DNA of 63,933 bases, counting the filler, from Saprolegnia diclina VS20 (taxonomy: Eukaryota), in the NCBI RefSeq assembly GCF_000281045.1. It is 5 parts of 2 records of this genome, joined end to end, with 100 filler letters (N's around TTAATTAATTAA, not from the genome) between each part and the next. Parts side by side here need not be neighbours in the genome. Positions count along the whole stretch, not along the records: positions 31,392 to 54,415 come from NW_008246095.1; positions 54,516 to 59,039 come from NW_008246095.1; positions 59,140 to 61,628 come from NW_008246096.1; positions 61,729 to 63,933 come from NW_008246096.1; 1 more part is not named here. One strand, given 5' to 3'. The notes under the pieces are model-generated. The model ran no database searches and had not been told where the DNA came from. It saw nothing but the letters and a program-made list of their open reading frames with translations. Below, piece by piece: positions 53,319 through 63,933 of this stretch (position 1 is its first letter; each line of letters opens with the position of its first letter). Both the position numbers and the translations under genes were made by a program.

Positions 53319-53792
53319 GCTATCAACATGCAAGCAGGACGCTACTGACAGTCGCATAACCGAACTCGTGCGCTCTTCTCGCAGATCAGTTCTTACCTAG
53401 CGAACGTCAGGATTTGGTTCAGGCAGGTGACGACAGCAGATACCACGTCGACATTGGTCCTCTTGGGCTGGCACACCGAACACGAGGCTTGGCTTGTTGT
53501 CGTCGGGTGGTGAGATGCACAGCTGCTGGAGCTCTCAGATGCCGGCAGGACGCAAAAGGCCAGAAGAATACCATCGATGTTGGCGGCGCAGGCACTCGCC
53601 TGCCATCTACCGTCGGGCCAAGTGTGTGCGCCTCTCGGCATGGCTTGCCACAGCACTACACCACCGACAGCTAGCCATCGACAATCGATAAAAAAGCGGC
53701 AACCCCGCGGTGCACTCTGCAGTGGACTACCTAGAGAAGCATCGACCGCTGCGTGGCGCGCCAAACTGCCATGTGCAGGTGAAGGAGAAGCT

Positions 53793-53913
53793 TTGCCCAC
53801 TCATGACCCCGCCTGCGCACCTGCCGGGCAATTGCCAACTGATGCAAATCTCGTCAACCACTTTGCTCGTGCAGAAGCGAGCCCATGGCGCCATCCATCC
53901 GAGCTCACAAACC
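53793..53913 (+). repeat. dispersed repeat copy B (inverted relative to 43376-43484)
   Basis: See copy A. Both copies translate to MTPPAHLxGNCQL. Confidence 0.75.
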
Positions 53914-54265
53914 TCAGGACCCAATGTCTCTACTCGAGTGCTAGTAAAGGAGATGCGAGTGTACGCATCAGTACCTGTAGCAGCATCCCGACTACCATCC
54001 TAGCTGCCGTCACCACAGGCAAACGAACGAGCACATGTGGTCCAAGCACAAAGCTACGCCATTCGACCCACACGTCGCCACCAGACGTAATCCTGCAGGT
54101 ACTACTAAAAGGGTGCGGGAGCCTGCGACCGACAAGCACGCTGCCAACGGCAACCTCCTCGAGTCGTCAGACCTATGTCGATGCTCACTTGCAGATGACC
54201 TTTGTCGCCAGCCTCTCCGTGCAGTGACGCTGGCATCGACCGCGTCAATGAAATACGAGGCTCAC

Positions 54266-54415
54266 TTGGAGAAAGATGGGCGATTCTTCGCTCGACGCCT
54301 TCTCGCCATGCGCCAACCGCATTTGGAACGGGTGCCCGAACGCCAAAAAGTCCTTCTCGATAAGGACCTGGAAACCATGCATCGTACGGTAGTATGGGTC
54401 CAAGCACAGCTGCGA
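54266..54415 (-). pseudogene. myotubularin-family phosphatase exon (orphan, truncated by gap)
   Basis: SQLCLDPYYRTMHGFQVLIEKDFLAFGHPFQMRLAHGE...ESPIFLQ followed by a GTGAGC donor. The expected next exon (FLDCVWQ-like) was not found downstream. Confidence 0.75.
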
Positions 54416-54515
54416 NNNNNNNNNNNNNNNNNNNNNNNNNNNNNNNNNNNNNNNNNNNNTTAATTAATTAANNNNNNNNNNNNNNNNNNNNNNNNNNNNN
54501 NNNNNNNNNNNNNNN
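54416..54515. other. assembly spacer N-TTAATTAATTAA-N
   Basis: Linker within N runs. Confidence 0.95.
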
Positions 54516-54610
54516 GCACAATATGGTGCTGGACGAGCGTGACCGCCACATGCTGCTGGGCAGCATGTCGGGGGAGGATGTGCTGGCCACGCTGCCGCCC
54601 ATGGTGCCGC

Positions 54611-56087
54611 CAAGGGATATAATAACAAGGGATATAATAACAAAGGGTGGTCATCGAAGGGTTTTTTAAATGATTGCTCGTTTCCATGGTAAGCTTACCT
54701 TCTCCATACCTCGTCGGAGGGTTTTCAAATAAAAATATTTGGCACATTTTTAAAAAATAATGACTTTTGAATAAAATGATGGACGGCGGCGCGCACGTCG
54801 AGCGCCCGGATCTAAGGGTCTATCTCCCGTAGAAAAGGTCGCTGCCCTGCGCCAATAGTGCGCTACGATGCGCAAGATCATTGCGCATCGAACAAGCTAT
54901 GACGCGTGGCGCTGCGATAAGTAGTTTAGGATAAATGTTGGATCGAGTTGCCAAAATCGATGGTCCCAGAGTGAGCATCTTTGATCATCGAGTTGAGCTG
55001 TAGCGGATGCATGCCTGCTATCAAGATTTGGACACGAGCTTGATCAAAGCGATAAGTGTCTACTGTTAAAACGGTGTTAGGGATCTCGAGGGATCCTCCA
55101 TCGAACTCGCGTGCGGCAGCGAGACCTTTTCTGGTACGGTTTTATCATATTCGTCTCAATCGCCGCTTTTGAAATGGGGGCCTTGCTCAAAACAAAGAGT
55201 TGCACTGCCATGTCGCCAGCGCCCAAGCCTGCGTCCAAGCCCAAGAGCTATCGGTGCGTCGGTGACTGCAAGCTTCAGAAGACGAGGCTCGAGCTGGTGA
55301 ACGGGATGTGCAAGTCATGCCGAAATCGCCTCAACAGAGAGGAAAAAGCTCGAGCTCAAGTGCCCGCCGTGCAGCCGCAGCCCGAGCGTCCGCCACCCGT
55401 GCGCTACTGCTTGGGTCTGCCGTCCGAGGCTGCGACGCTTCTTGCGGGCCACGAGCGCTATGGCATGCTACGTGGCGTCGCTCGCTCCAACGACTGTCTT
55501 TTCGTCATGCCGCCCCATGTGACGGATGCGCGATGCGAGCCCTGCTTCAATGCATGCGCGCATTGGTGTTGTCGTTCACCGATTTTCGGCCCAGTACCTC
55601 GGCCGCCACGTTGACAAGTCGGGCACCCTCGCTCTGCGCCAGAAGCTCAAGGCGGAGACGGGCAAGACACCACAGCCATTACAAGGCAAGCGCAAGGCGC
55701 AGACACCGGTAGCGGCACCGGTCAAGAGTCGCCAGATGAAGATGACAAAGATGGACCCTACGCCAAGCGCAACGCCAAGTAGATTAGCCTCGACCTACTA
55801 ATTGACCGATTATCCTCCTTAGTACATGCGTACGTCGGTCTATCGCTCGCAGGGCAACCGTTGATCGCTCATCTCGTGCTGCATCTCGCATCTCCATGTC
55901 CACATCGTGATGCGCAATCCCGCAGCATCCAAGTCCGGATGGTATCCGGCGGTTTCCAATCTCTCACGCGGTGGAATAAAAATACCTTGGAATTGACAAC
56001 AAGCTACCTGGACCTTGGATCTGGCATTTCGAATAAAAATATCTTGAAATTCGGGTCGATGACCACCCTTTGTTATTATATCCCTTG
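54611..56087. mobile_element. non-autonomous TIR DNA transposon (32-bp perfect TIRs, 8-bp TSD GGTGCCGC), P-element- or hAT-like
   Basis: Left TIR caagggatataataacaaagggtggtcatcga at 54626-54657, preceded by a 15-bp duplicate of its tip at 54611-54625. The right TIR is its exact reverse complement at 56056-56087. TSD at 54603-54610 and 56088-56095. Confidence 0.93.
55211..55801 (+). CDS. Cys-rich, basic ORF carried inside the TIR element (possible transposase N-terminal remnant)
   Basis: MSPAPKP...CVGDC...MCKSC...RSNDC...RCEPC, continuing in another frame into a Lys/Arg-rich tail. No DDE domain seen. Confidence 0.45.
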
Positions 56088-57509
56088 GGTGCCGCAGACG
56101 ATCAAGGTCAACACGGTCTAGGAAGTCGACTTCACGTCCGTCAAGCTTGACGAGTCGACGAAGGCATGGTACACCAAGGCCTACCGCTAGGACACAGAAG
56201 TACGCCACCGGCAAGAAGGAATTTGTGCTCGCCGACGGCCTCTACTTCATTGGCAGCAACGACCGCCAGTGGAAGCTCGTGGTCCGCTACAAGTCGCACC
56301 GCTCGAAGCCCAACGGCCTCTTTTTGCCGCTACCCGTCCCGGACAGTTGCTGGCACACCGTCACGGTCGACTGGATCTCTGGACTTCCGGTCTCGAAGGG
56401 CTACGACGCTATCATGACGTATACGTGCAAGCTCAGCAAGCGTTCCAAATACTGCGCGACGCACACGACGACGGATGCCGCCAAGGCCGCCAAGGAGTTT
56501 TTTGACACGGTGGTTCGCCACCACGGTTTGCCCGAGGTCATTGTCTCGGACAGAGACCCGCGCTTCCGCAGCGAGTTTTGGAACGAGCTCATCAAGCACA
56601 TGGGCATCAAGCACTTCGAGACCACTGCACACCGCGCCCAAGCCGACGGCCAGAGCGAGATTGCCAACCGCACGCTCGAAGACTCGCTCCGTTGCATGTG
56701 CTCCTACCTCGGCGATGATTGGTCGGATCATCTTGGCACGATCGAGTATGCTCACTGTGGCCTGGTCAACGGGTCGCACAACCTCACGCCATTTGAAGTT
56801 GACACCGGTCGCAAGCTGCGCAACCCGCTGTGGACGGACACGAGCGGCATGAGCAACGAGTACGCCAAGAACTTTTCGCAACAACGACAAGACAACATTG
56901 CGCTCGCCCAAGCCAACCTGCGCCGTGCCCAAGAGCGTCAGAAGCGCTATTACGACAAAGGCCGCTCTTTGACGACGTTCAAGGTCGGCGACATGGTCAT
57001 GCTCGCGACGCGCGATCTCCCGTTGAAACACGCCCAAGTCCTCAGCCGCGACGAGCGTCCCAAGCTCGTGCCGCGTTGGATTGGTTCGTTCAAGATCATC
57101 AGCAAGGTCAACGAGAACGCCTACAATCTCTAGTTGCCCGCCAGTATGCGTTCGCTCGACACCAACACGTTCAACGTCGACCACCTCAAGAATGCTCCAC
57201 CGCACCAAGCCCAGTACGACGGTCGCCCGCTGCCCAAAGCTACGCCCATTGTCTTCGACGACAAGACCGGAGAAGAGCTCCACGTCATCGAAGCGTTCCT
57301 CAAGAAGCGCACGTTCAACCGCAAGCCCGAGCTCCTCGTCAAGTGGCAGGGCCTGCCGGAACATGAGGCCACGTGGGAACTGGTCAAGGACGTCAAGCAC
57401 GTTGCGCACTTCCAGCGCTTGATCAAGGAGCTTAACGAACGTCGTCGTCGCCGCATGGATGATGTCGACGAGCTTTCCTCCCAGTAGCCGGACCTCTAGG
57501 AGGGGAGTA

Positions 57510-57728
57510 TGTGGCGAATCTCGAGATTCAGAGGTCCTTCTCTGATCTGAGTGAGCCGTGCTCCGTGGTCTGAGCGAGCCGTGCTCCATGCGGATCGGAC
57601 GAAGATTAGGGTTAGTTAGTAGCTAGTGCGCGTGTCTAGCAACAAGTCTAAGCTCAGGCTAACCAAGTCATTGTTCAATCACCTCTTCTTCTCTCAAGCC
57701 AGCCAGCGACAGCGGACGCGCCGTCACA
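57510..57728 (+). repeat. 3' LTR of the gypsy element
   Basis: Starts TGTGGCG two bases after the PPT and ends CGTCACA (TG...CA with a short terminal inverted repeat). Confidence 0.75.
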
Positions 57729-59039
57729 ACGTTCTAGTACCTGATACCAACCAGCACCTTGTGGCTTTTTTGGGGGGTTTTGCGAGACAAGGAGCTGAAA
57801 CGATCTTTTCGAGAGCTAAAGGTGCTGCGAAGTCACTCTCATTTTAGAAAGCGGGTCCCGGTAAGCAACCCGCCACTCCTCCCCCGAGGCTGGGGCGCCG
57901 GGCGGTAATTCAGGCAATACGCCCTTTTCGCCCCCTGAGCCATTCCGCGTATTTTTCCTTCTAACGTTCGTCGAGCCCCACGTTGAGATGGCTTTGGCTC
58001 GCGTCCAGCGTTACGCGAGTCAAAGCTATCCCAACGTTGCTGGCTCGATGAAAGTACGGCGACTGCTCGTTGGTTGATGTATTTTCCGACAAAACTCACG
58101 TCACTCAAACTATGCCGCGGTAGAGTTGCGCTCTCTTCTCTGAAAAATCTCATGCTGTCGATATGCGATAGGTCAGTTCACTACTAAACCGCGATAGCGT
58201 TCAAGGGCAAGGCTAGTTCAAGGGCAGCGGTCGCCGTTCTATCGTGGTGAAGTGCCGGCTTCAGTCGTTCGTGTCGGGTTTGTGTCGTTGGTTTGTGACA
58301 TGGGTCAATGTTTGTGATGACAACAGTTGCATTGGTGCTGTGGTGACGAGTGATAGGGTTAGTGTTGCGTGCAGTCCGGTGGTCGGTGGTGGGGTCGTGG
58401 TTACCGGCAGCGCGCATGTTCAGGCTTGTGATTGCGGTCGATCTTGCTGAGCAATATTGCTTCTGCACGCACCAAAATGCAGCTGGTGAAGACCGCGGTG
58501 CGCTTTCGCAACCAGTACAGTACTTTCGTTGTGCATGTTGCTCTATCGCGCTAGGATGTATAGACAATGCCCTTGCCTCGTGATTGCGCGTCGCGCAGTC
58601 GCAAATTCCAGTTCTTTCGATTCCTTAGGCAGCTTGTGAGGCGTTCGTTTGGGTGCTAGTGATGTAACTACATGTCCCTTGCCTCGTTTCGTTGGTGGAT
58701 CGACTGTTTTCGCTGCCTTTTGCACTGCGTCAACCACGCATCGGTCCGGTGGTGTGGTCGTGCGAGTACTCTCCTCCTCTCCGCCATTTCTCGCAAGTTA
58801 GTCACTGACGGAAGCCTCGTGATTTGAGCAGATTGATGGCACCTTGACGAGGTCAAGGCTGCTGTCCGAAGCATCGGCGCGCTACTGCACCTTCTCGCTG
58901 CTATAACTTCTTTAAGCTGATGCGACTACAGCATCGATGGCCTCTTTGATTCAACCGGGTGGAGCTTGCACCTCATAAAATGCTCTGAATACGCCTCACG
59001 GATCAAGTCTGTAGCTTTGGCCGCATTGCAGAGCGTATG

Positions 59040-59139
59040 NNNNNNNNNNNNNNNNNNNNNNNNNNNNNNNNNNNNNNNNNNNNTTAATTAATTAANNNNN
59101 NNNNNNNNNNNNNNNNNNNNNNNNNNNNNNNNNNNNNNN
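59040..59139. other. assembly spacer N-TTAATTAATTAA-N
   Basis: Linker within N runs. Confidence 0.95.
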
Positions 59140-61628
59140 TTTGTGAAGCTCCCCGGCATCTTGTACTCGCTAGCGACCATGCACGAGCCTCGTACGCAGG
59201 CGGCGGCGTCGTACTTGGACCCGATGCTGGGTGACCTTGAAGCGGGAAAGCTTCGCATCCGGATACACCAGATTGCATCCGGGATATGAGACGTGATTTT
59301 AGACTAACTGCTTTGAATACGTCGAATATGGCACGTCTAGCAACTTCAAGCTAGTCAAACGCGTATTATTGAACCGGACGATCGCTTTCGCAGCATCCTG
59401 CACGCACTTGGCGCCCCTACAAAACGCCGAATGGACGCTGCGTTGCTAGTGCACAGTAGGAACGTGTTTGCGTTGAATCAAATTGCAAAACAAACACAAA
59501 GGTCTCGCACACAAGGTCGCGTAGGCCCTTGCCCGTAGGGTTGCGTGAAAGTAGTGGCCCCTGATGCTGAGGCGGAATATGCGAGCTTGGCACGTCGCCG
59601 AGCGCCTCCGATCACGCTGTTTTGCCAAGATGTTGCTATCTCAAGGTGCCTCGACCGTCCTGTTAGCCGGTCTTTTGCTATCCGCTTGTGGCGTAATTGT
59701 GTGATGCGGTTTGCGCTTCTGAATGACGTGGCAGCGCGTGCTAGTCCAACTGTAGGCAGTAGGGGAAAATGACTTCGGATGGGCAGCAGACTGTGTGAGG
59801 ATCAGCAGAATTGAATTTGCCCCGCCGCCCTCACATACCGCCTTCAGCTTCAGTTCACGGTCGTCGGCCTCGACGCCGACGCATGGGCCTCCGACGCCAC
59901 GGGCCTCCGATTTGATGACACGTTTCTGCACACACTGTGCTTGCGCTGGGCGCATTTGCTTGCGCGCGCCATGGACCGACGCGCTCCGCGTCCTGCTATT
60001 GGTCTGGCGCATCTCGGCCGTCACTTGGTCCGCTCGGCGCTTGCGGGAGCGATCAAGTTCAACCACCCGATTGGCCGCTACGGCTTCATGTGCGATGAAG
60101 TCACACAACTGCGAAACCGGAAGAGCGACCCCAACTTCAAGGAGCTCTCACCGGTCGACACGGAGCTGGCGGACGTTCTCGTCAAGACGGGACGATACGA
60201 TGTGGCTCTCACGAGACTCAAGACTCTTCGTGGGTGCCTGCGGTCCATTCGACGCCTCATTTATCGGTAGCTAGATTTAACTAGTTATCGACCAACTAAT
60301 CAATCAACAACATTTTCTCCATTTGACTTTTTACTTGTTTGCTCAAGGGCAATGGACATAATGACTACATTACCGCTTGGAACTCAGGCGAGGGGTTGGG
60401 AGACGTCTCGGTCTAGAATGCAAGATCCGCTCGTTTATCAAAAAAGAGCCGTCCTTGACGCGCCAACCTCCCAAACGGGACTTGCGACTGTACGATATAG
60501 CTCGTTAGCTAAAAGCTGCGATGGTGGCGTGGGATTGCTTCTCCATTGAATCATCGCGTTCGTCTCATTCTCACACGATGTTGGAGCTCGTCGAACAACC
60601 ACGCACTACGATTGGGCCGTCCATCCGTAATGGGTCCACAGTTGGTCCAGCATAGTTTGATGCGATGTTGAGAGCCATGGGCCAGCACCACGGCTCATTG
60701 TAATCGCGTACAAAGCCACTGCAAGAGCGCACACTGCAATCTCTGCCAACCTCGGCAAGAACGGATCGGCGACGTACGTGATGGAAAAACGAAGCAAGTC
60801 GACAAGGTCGCCGAAACAGGTAGCGATAGCGAGATGCCGCAAATGACCGCGAATGAAGTAAGTGGTGTAGGTTCCGCCGCAGCTCATTTTGGCGTTACTC
60901 AAGTTGATACCTTGTTCGCCGAGCACGGACGGGCCGCTGGCATAGTGATGTTGCAGATGCCAGCGTTTGCCAACACAGTTGGCCCACCTTCCGATATGGA
61001 GCGTCCAGCGTTCAAGACGCAGTATAAAGTACGTAACGTGTTTTGCCACAAGTTCGCGCAAGTGATCGACCGGCCAAACTCAAGCGCGTAGCTAATGACG
61101 GACATCGAGAACAGATGAGGCACGAAGCGGAGGCCGACGCGATCGAGCCATGGCGCCATGACCGCGTGCACAGAAAGGTTAGGTTCGCGAAGTCGACATT
61201 GATCAACGAGGTAGATCGACAATCGCGCGCAAGAAGCGAGGAAACCATCGACATGTCGTGTGGTTGAGGTCGTTCTGTACGAGGTTGATGGGCCATGCAC
61301 GCGTACAAAGATAAGGCCACGACCTATCTATATGCGAGAAGACTCGAGGCGCACAAGACCCCCGACGACCCGTTTCTTGGGCAAAGTCCGAAGCATGCGT
61401 GTCATGGAGAAAAACACGTGATATATCACTTTCTTCGCAATGTGTTGTTTGGATGCAGCGAGGAGGTCATGCAACTACATTGCGGCCAAACTCGTGCAAC
61501 GCCAAGTAGAAGGAGCGAGAGCCGTCCTTGTGGCATCTACCTCGGTCGCCCCGTTCGGAGCACCCAGCCAGCAATGCGTCGACACATGCATGGGCTGCTG
61601 AGCAAGGGGTAGGGTTTCTGTCGAGCGC

Positions 61629-61728
61629 NNNNNNNNNNNNNNNNNNNNNNNNNNNNNNNNNNNNNNNNNNNNTTAATTAATTAANNNNNNNNNNNNNNNN
61701 NNNNNNNNNNNNNNNNNNNNNNNNNNNN
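61629..61728. other. assembly spacer N-TTAATTAATTAA-N
   Basis: Linker within N runs. Confidence 0.95.
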
Positions 61729-61759
61729 TCGTGCTCGAAGGACAGCTCCAATCGGGCTT

Positions 61760-62385
61760 CCGACGAGGTCCTTTCACTCGACGCATTCTCAAGCTGCTTG
61801 CGAGCATCTTCGCTTTATTGTGCAATTGGAATCGCCAGGCGACCAGACGACCCTCGGCCTCGTCTCGGGTCCGAGCGATGATTGCAATCTTCAAGCCGCG
61901 ATCTCCGTCTTGGCGCGTGACACGCCCGAGTTGTGCAAAGTCGACGCGTTGAAGCGGCTGTAATTGCTGTTGGTCGCCTGAAAAGTGCGACTACCACGAC
62001 CACGCCGATCCAGCAAAACTCTCGTCGTACAGCCCTGGTTCTTCTCGATGCGCACCGAGCACTTGGTGTTGAGGCACGTCTTTGTGCTGACGAACATCCT
62101 CGGATCTGCGCCGGGTTGCGCTCCGCAAAGACGCGGACGACATGGCCGTCAATGACGAGGTTGTGGTGTTGAGGCACGTCTTTGTGCTGACGAACATCCT
62201 CTTGGCCGTCTCCGACTCCATAGGCGGAGCTGGTCGCAGTCACGAGGAGGTGGATTTCTTCGCTGCAGCGGAGGCAAAATTTGCAGGCGCAGGCCACAAA
62301 GAGGTGGTCGCCCGACAGATCGCGTTCGGGCACCCGGCGCGGGGCACCACTTGACGTTCTGGCTCATATCAACAAAGAACCGTAG
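61760..62385 (-). pseudogene. Ariadne-type RBR E3 ligase pseudogene (IBR-RING2 fragments, frameshifted)
   Basis: RFFVDMSQNVKWCPAPG, CACKFCLRCSEEIH, ESETA...STKTC and KCSVRIEKNQGC, in shifting frames. Confidence 0.75.
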
Positions 62386-62562
62386 CGCCCACTTGCCGGG
62401 CGCTTTCGGAAGAGCGCACCCAGCACGAGTTTGTTGCACTTGTACGCGGCTCAGGCGGCCGTTCGACCCGTTTTCGAGCTTGGTCATCAAGTAGGCTTGA
62501 TATGATATGCTATGATGTGGATTGAAATCTTTATACAGACTAAAGACTCCACCTACTAAGAC

Positions 62563-63350
62563 TTACGTACTAGCTGTGTGTTGACCGTCGGCCGCCAAAA
62601 GCTCTTCAACGTGCAGGAGTTCTTCGGCCGGCAATACATCGTGCCGTCCGTCGTCGGGATGCGCGTACGAGGTGCAGTCGTCGGGTGCGAGCTTGGACAA
62701 ATGATCCGTGGCTCGGTTGAACTCGCGAGGGTGGTGTTCCCATGTGCACGTAAAACATGTTGCGAGCTCCCGCGCCTGGACATGCAACTTCTGCAAGCGA
62801 GCCTCTTGGACTCGATAGATGCCCTTCATCTGCTGCATCAGCAGCATGCTGTCGCCGCGCACTGTGAGATGCGTCACTGCCAGTCGCTGAGCTAACTGGA
62901 GCGCCGTGACCAGACTGTCGTACTCGACCTCGTTGTTCGTTGTCGCGGTATCAAGGTAGTTGGCTTGGTACACCACGCTCTGGGGCGGCTCATCAAGTAG
63001 CCTTTTCAGCAGTTGACGCAGTACATGCCGCCGCATTTGAGCCCAATGATGTTTTGGCCTGGCACATCGTCGCGCACACGATACCCTTTGGTGCGCCAAT
63101 CATATAGTCGTCTGTGCTTAGCGCCAACCTCCTCGAGGAATCGGCGCTTGGAGTCTTGTGCTCGTAAGAGCGGTCCTGGACCACCTCTTTTCTCCTCCGA
63201 TTCGAGCGGAGGAGCACAGTCGCGACCACCGTCGACCCATGACGAGCTCCGAGACCTCGGCTACAAAGAGGTCCTGGTTGCTCTGGAGGTCGGCCGTGTT
63301 GACAACCGTGTACTCGGCGCTGGGTGCAGCCGGGACTTGCGCTGACTGCT
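62563..63350 (-). mobile_element. retrotransposon remnant containing archaeal-type RNase H (aRNH)
   Basis: TNNEVEY...GDSMLLMQQMKG...HHPREFNRATDHLSKLA fits the RNase HI TNNxAEY/GDS/RExNxxAD pattern. The N-terminal catalytic Asp region is lost. Confidence 0.75.
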
Positions 63351-63933
63351 CTCCTTTATTTTTACCCGTTGAACAATGACAGGTCTATATGCCGCCATCG
63401 CCACCCTTTCGCAAGGGATGCAGATGGTATGACCTGACAGGCCTTCGCGCCGGCTGAGCCTATTTGCAAATGCCAAATAAGAATGTGACCGATCGTCGGG
63501 TGGGACAATGTATCGCACAAAGTGTATCCGCTGCTGCGAGATTGCTCCTCCAGGCGTACACCGTGCGGCCAGTGTGCGGCCGACAAACAAGGAACGATGT
63601 CTGATAGGTTGAATAGATCGCGTTTCTGATTTGGCCAATCAAAACAGCTTTTCAATTCCAGTCGTGACGTGGCAGAGCGATGTGACAGTACCAACCGCCA
63701 CACGATCGAGACCTGGCAACTCTGCGCGGTGCCACACCATACACGTACCGGTACATTGCAGTCACATCTCATACATTGCTGGATGTAGCGTAGCAGTGGC
63801 TAATCTATATCGATATTATCTTATGCTAGTGATGTCTTCTAGTGATGTCTTTGACGAAGGCAGCACCATGCATGTTGCTTGCACGTCATCGATTGATCTG
63901 CGTCAAAGGAGACCAGGCATTGGCTGCTCGATA

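Larger units (their letters stand above)
54516..57728 (+). mobile_element. degenerate chromodomain-bearing Ty3/gypsy LTR retrotransposon (3' part: integrase, chromodomain, PPT, LTR)
   Basis: Integrase D,D35E (VTVDWISGLP, VSDRDPRF, DGQSEIAN), GPY/F-like RWIGSFKI and chromodomain LLVKWQGLPEHEATWE. Premature TAG stops are present (e.g. 57131). PPT aggaggggag at 57498-57507. Confidence 0.92.

Noticed and set aside
54611..54657. CRISPR-like or satellite array
   Set aside because: Only two 15-bp units, explained as the duplicated TIR tip. The context is eukaryotic with no cas genes.
57730..61628. Assorted short ORFs in low-coding contigs
   Set aside because: Frequent stops and no identifiable domain. 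Probably decayed repeats, but they cannot be classified by eye.

Overview
Eukaryotic, GC-rich, intron-dense genomic DNA with short GT-AG introns (about 40-70 nt) and oomycete-type INR/FPR core promoters. It is most likely from a saprolegnialean oomycete (inference from gene families and intron style). From about 1 to 53.3 kb it is gene-dense: LRR receptor-like TKL kinase, TRIP12/UPL3-like HECT E3, NADP-IDH, CDPK, SLX1, protein-only RNase P (PRORP), PARP, mitochondrial-type S16, MSP protein, GH18 chitinase, TMEM184, DHHC, TM-RGS, CaaX coiled-coil protein, LYR protein, SHMT, CBS, TOG protein, a large secreted orphan, START-FYVE-GAF, kinesin-14, ACBP-ankyrin and a PuuE-type allantoinase with a peroxisomal signal. 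From about 53.4 kb to the end it is fragmented and repeat-rich. That part holds a 1.48-kb TIR element with perfect 32-bp TIRs and an 8-bp TSD nested in a chromodomain Ty3/gypsy pol with PPT and LTR, a myotubularin exon, an Ariadne pseudogene and an archaeal-type RNase H remnant. Four N-run/TTAATTAATTAA spacers are assembly linkers, so adjacency across them is not reliable. Gene coordinates are outer spans that include introns and were read by eye.
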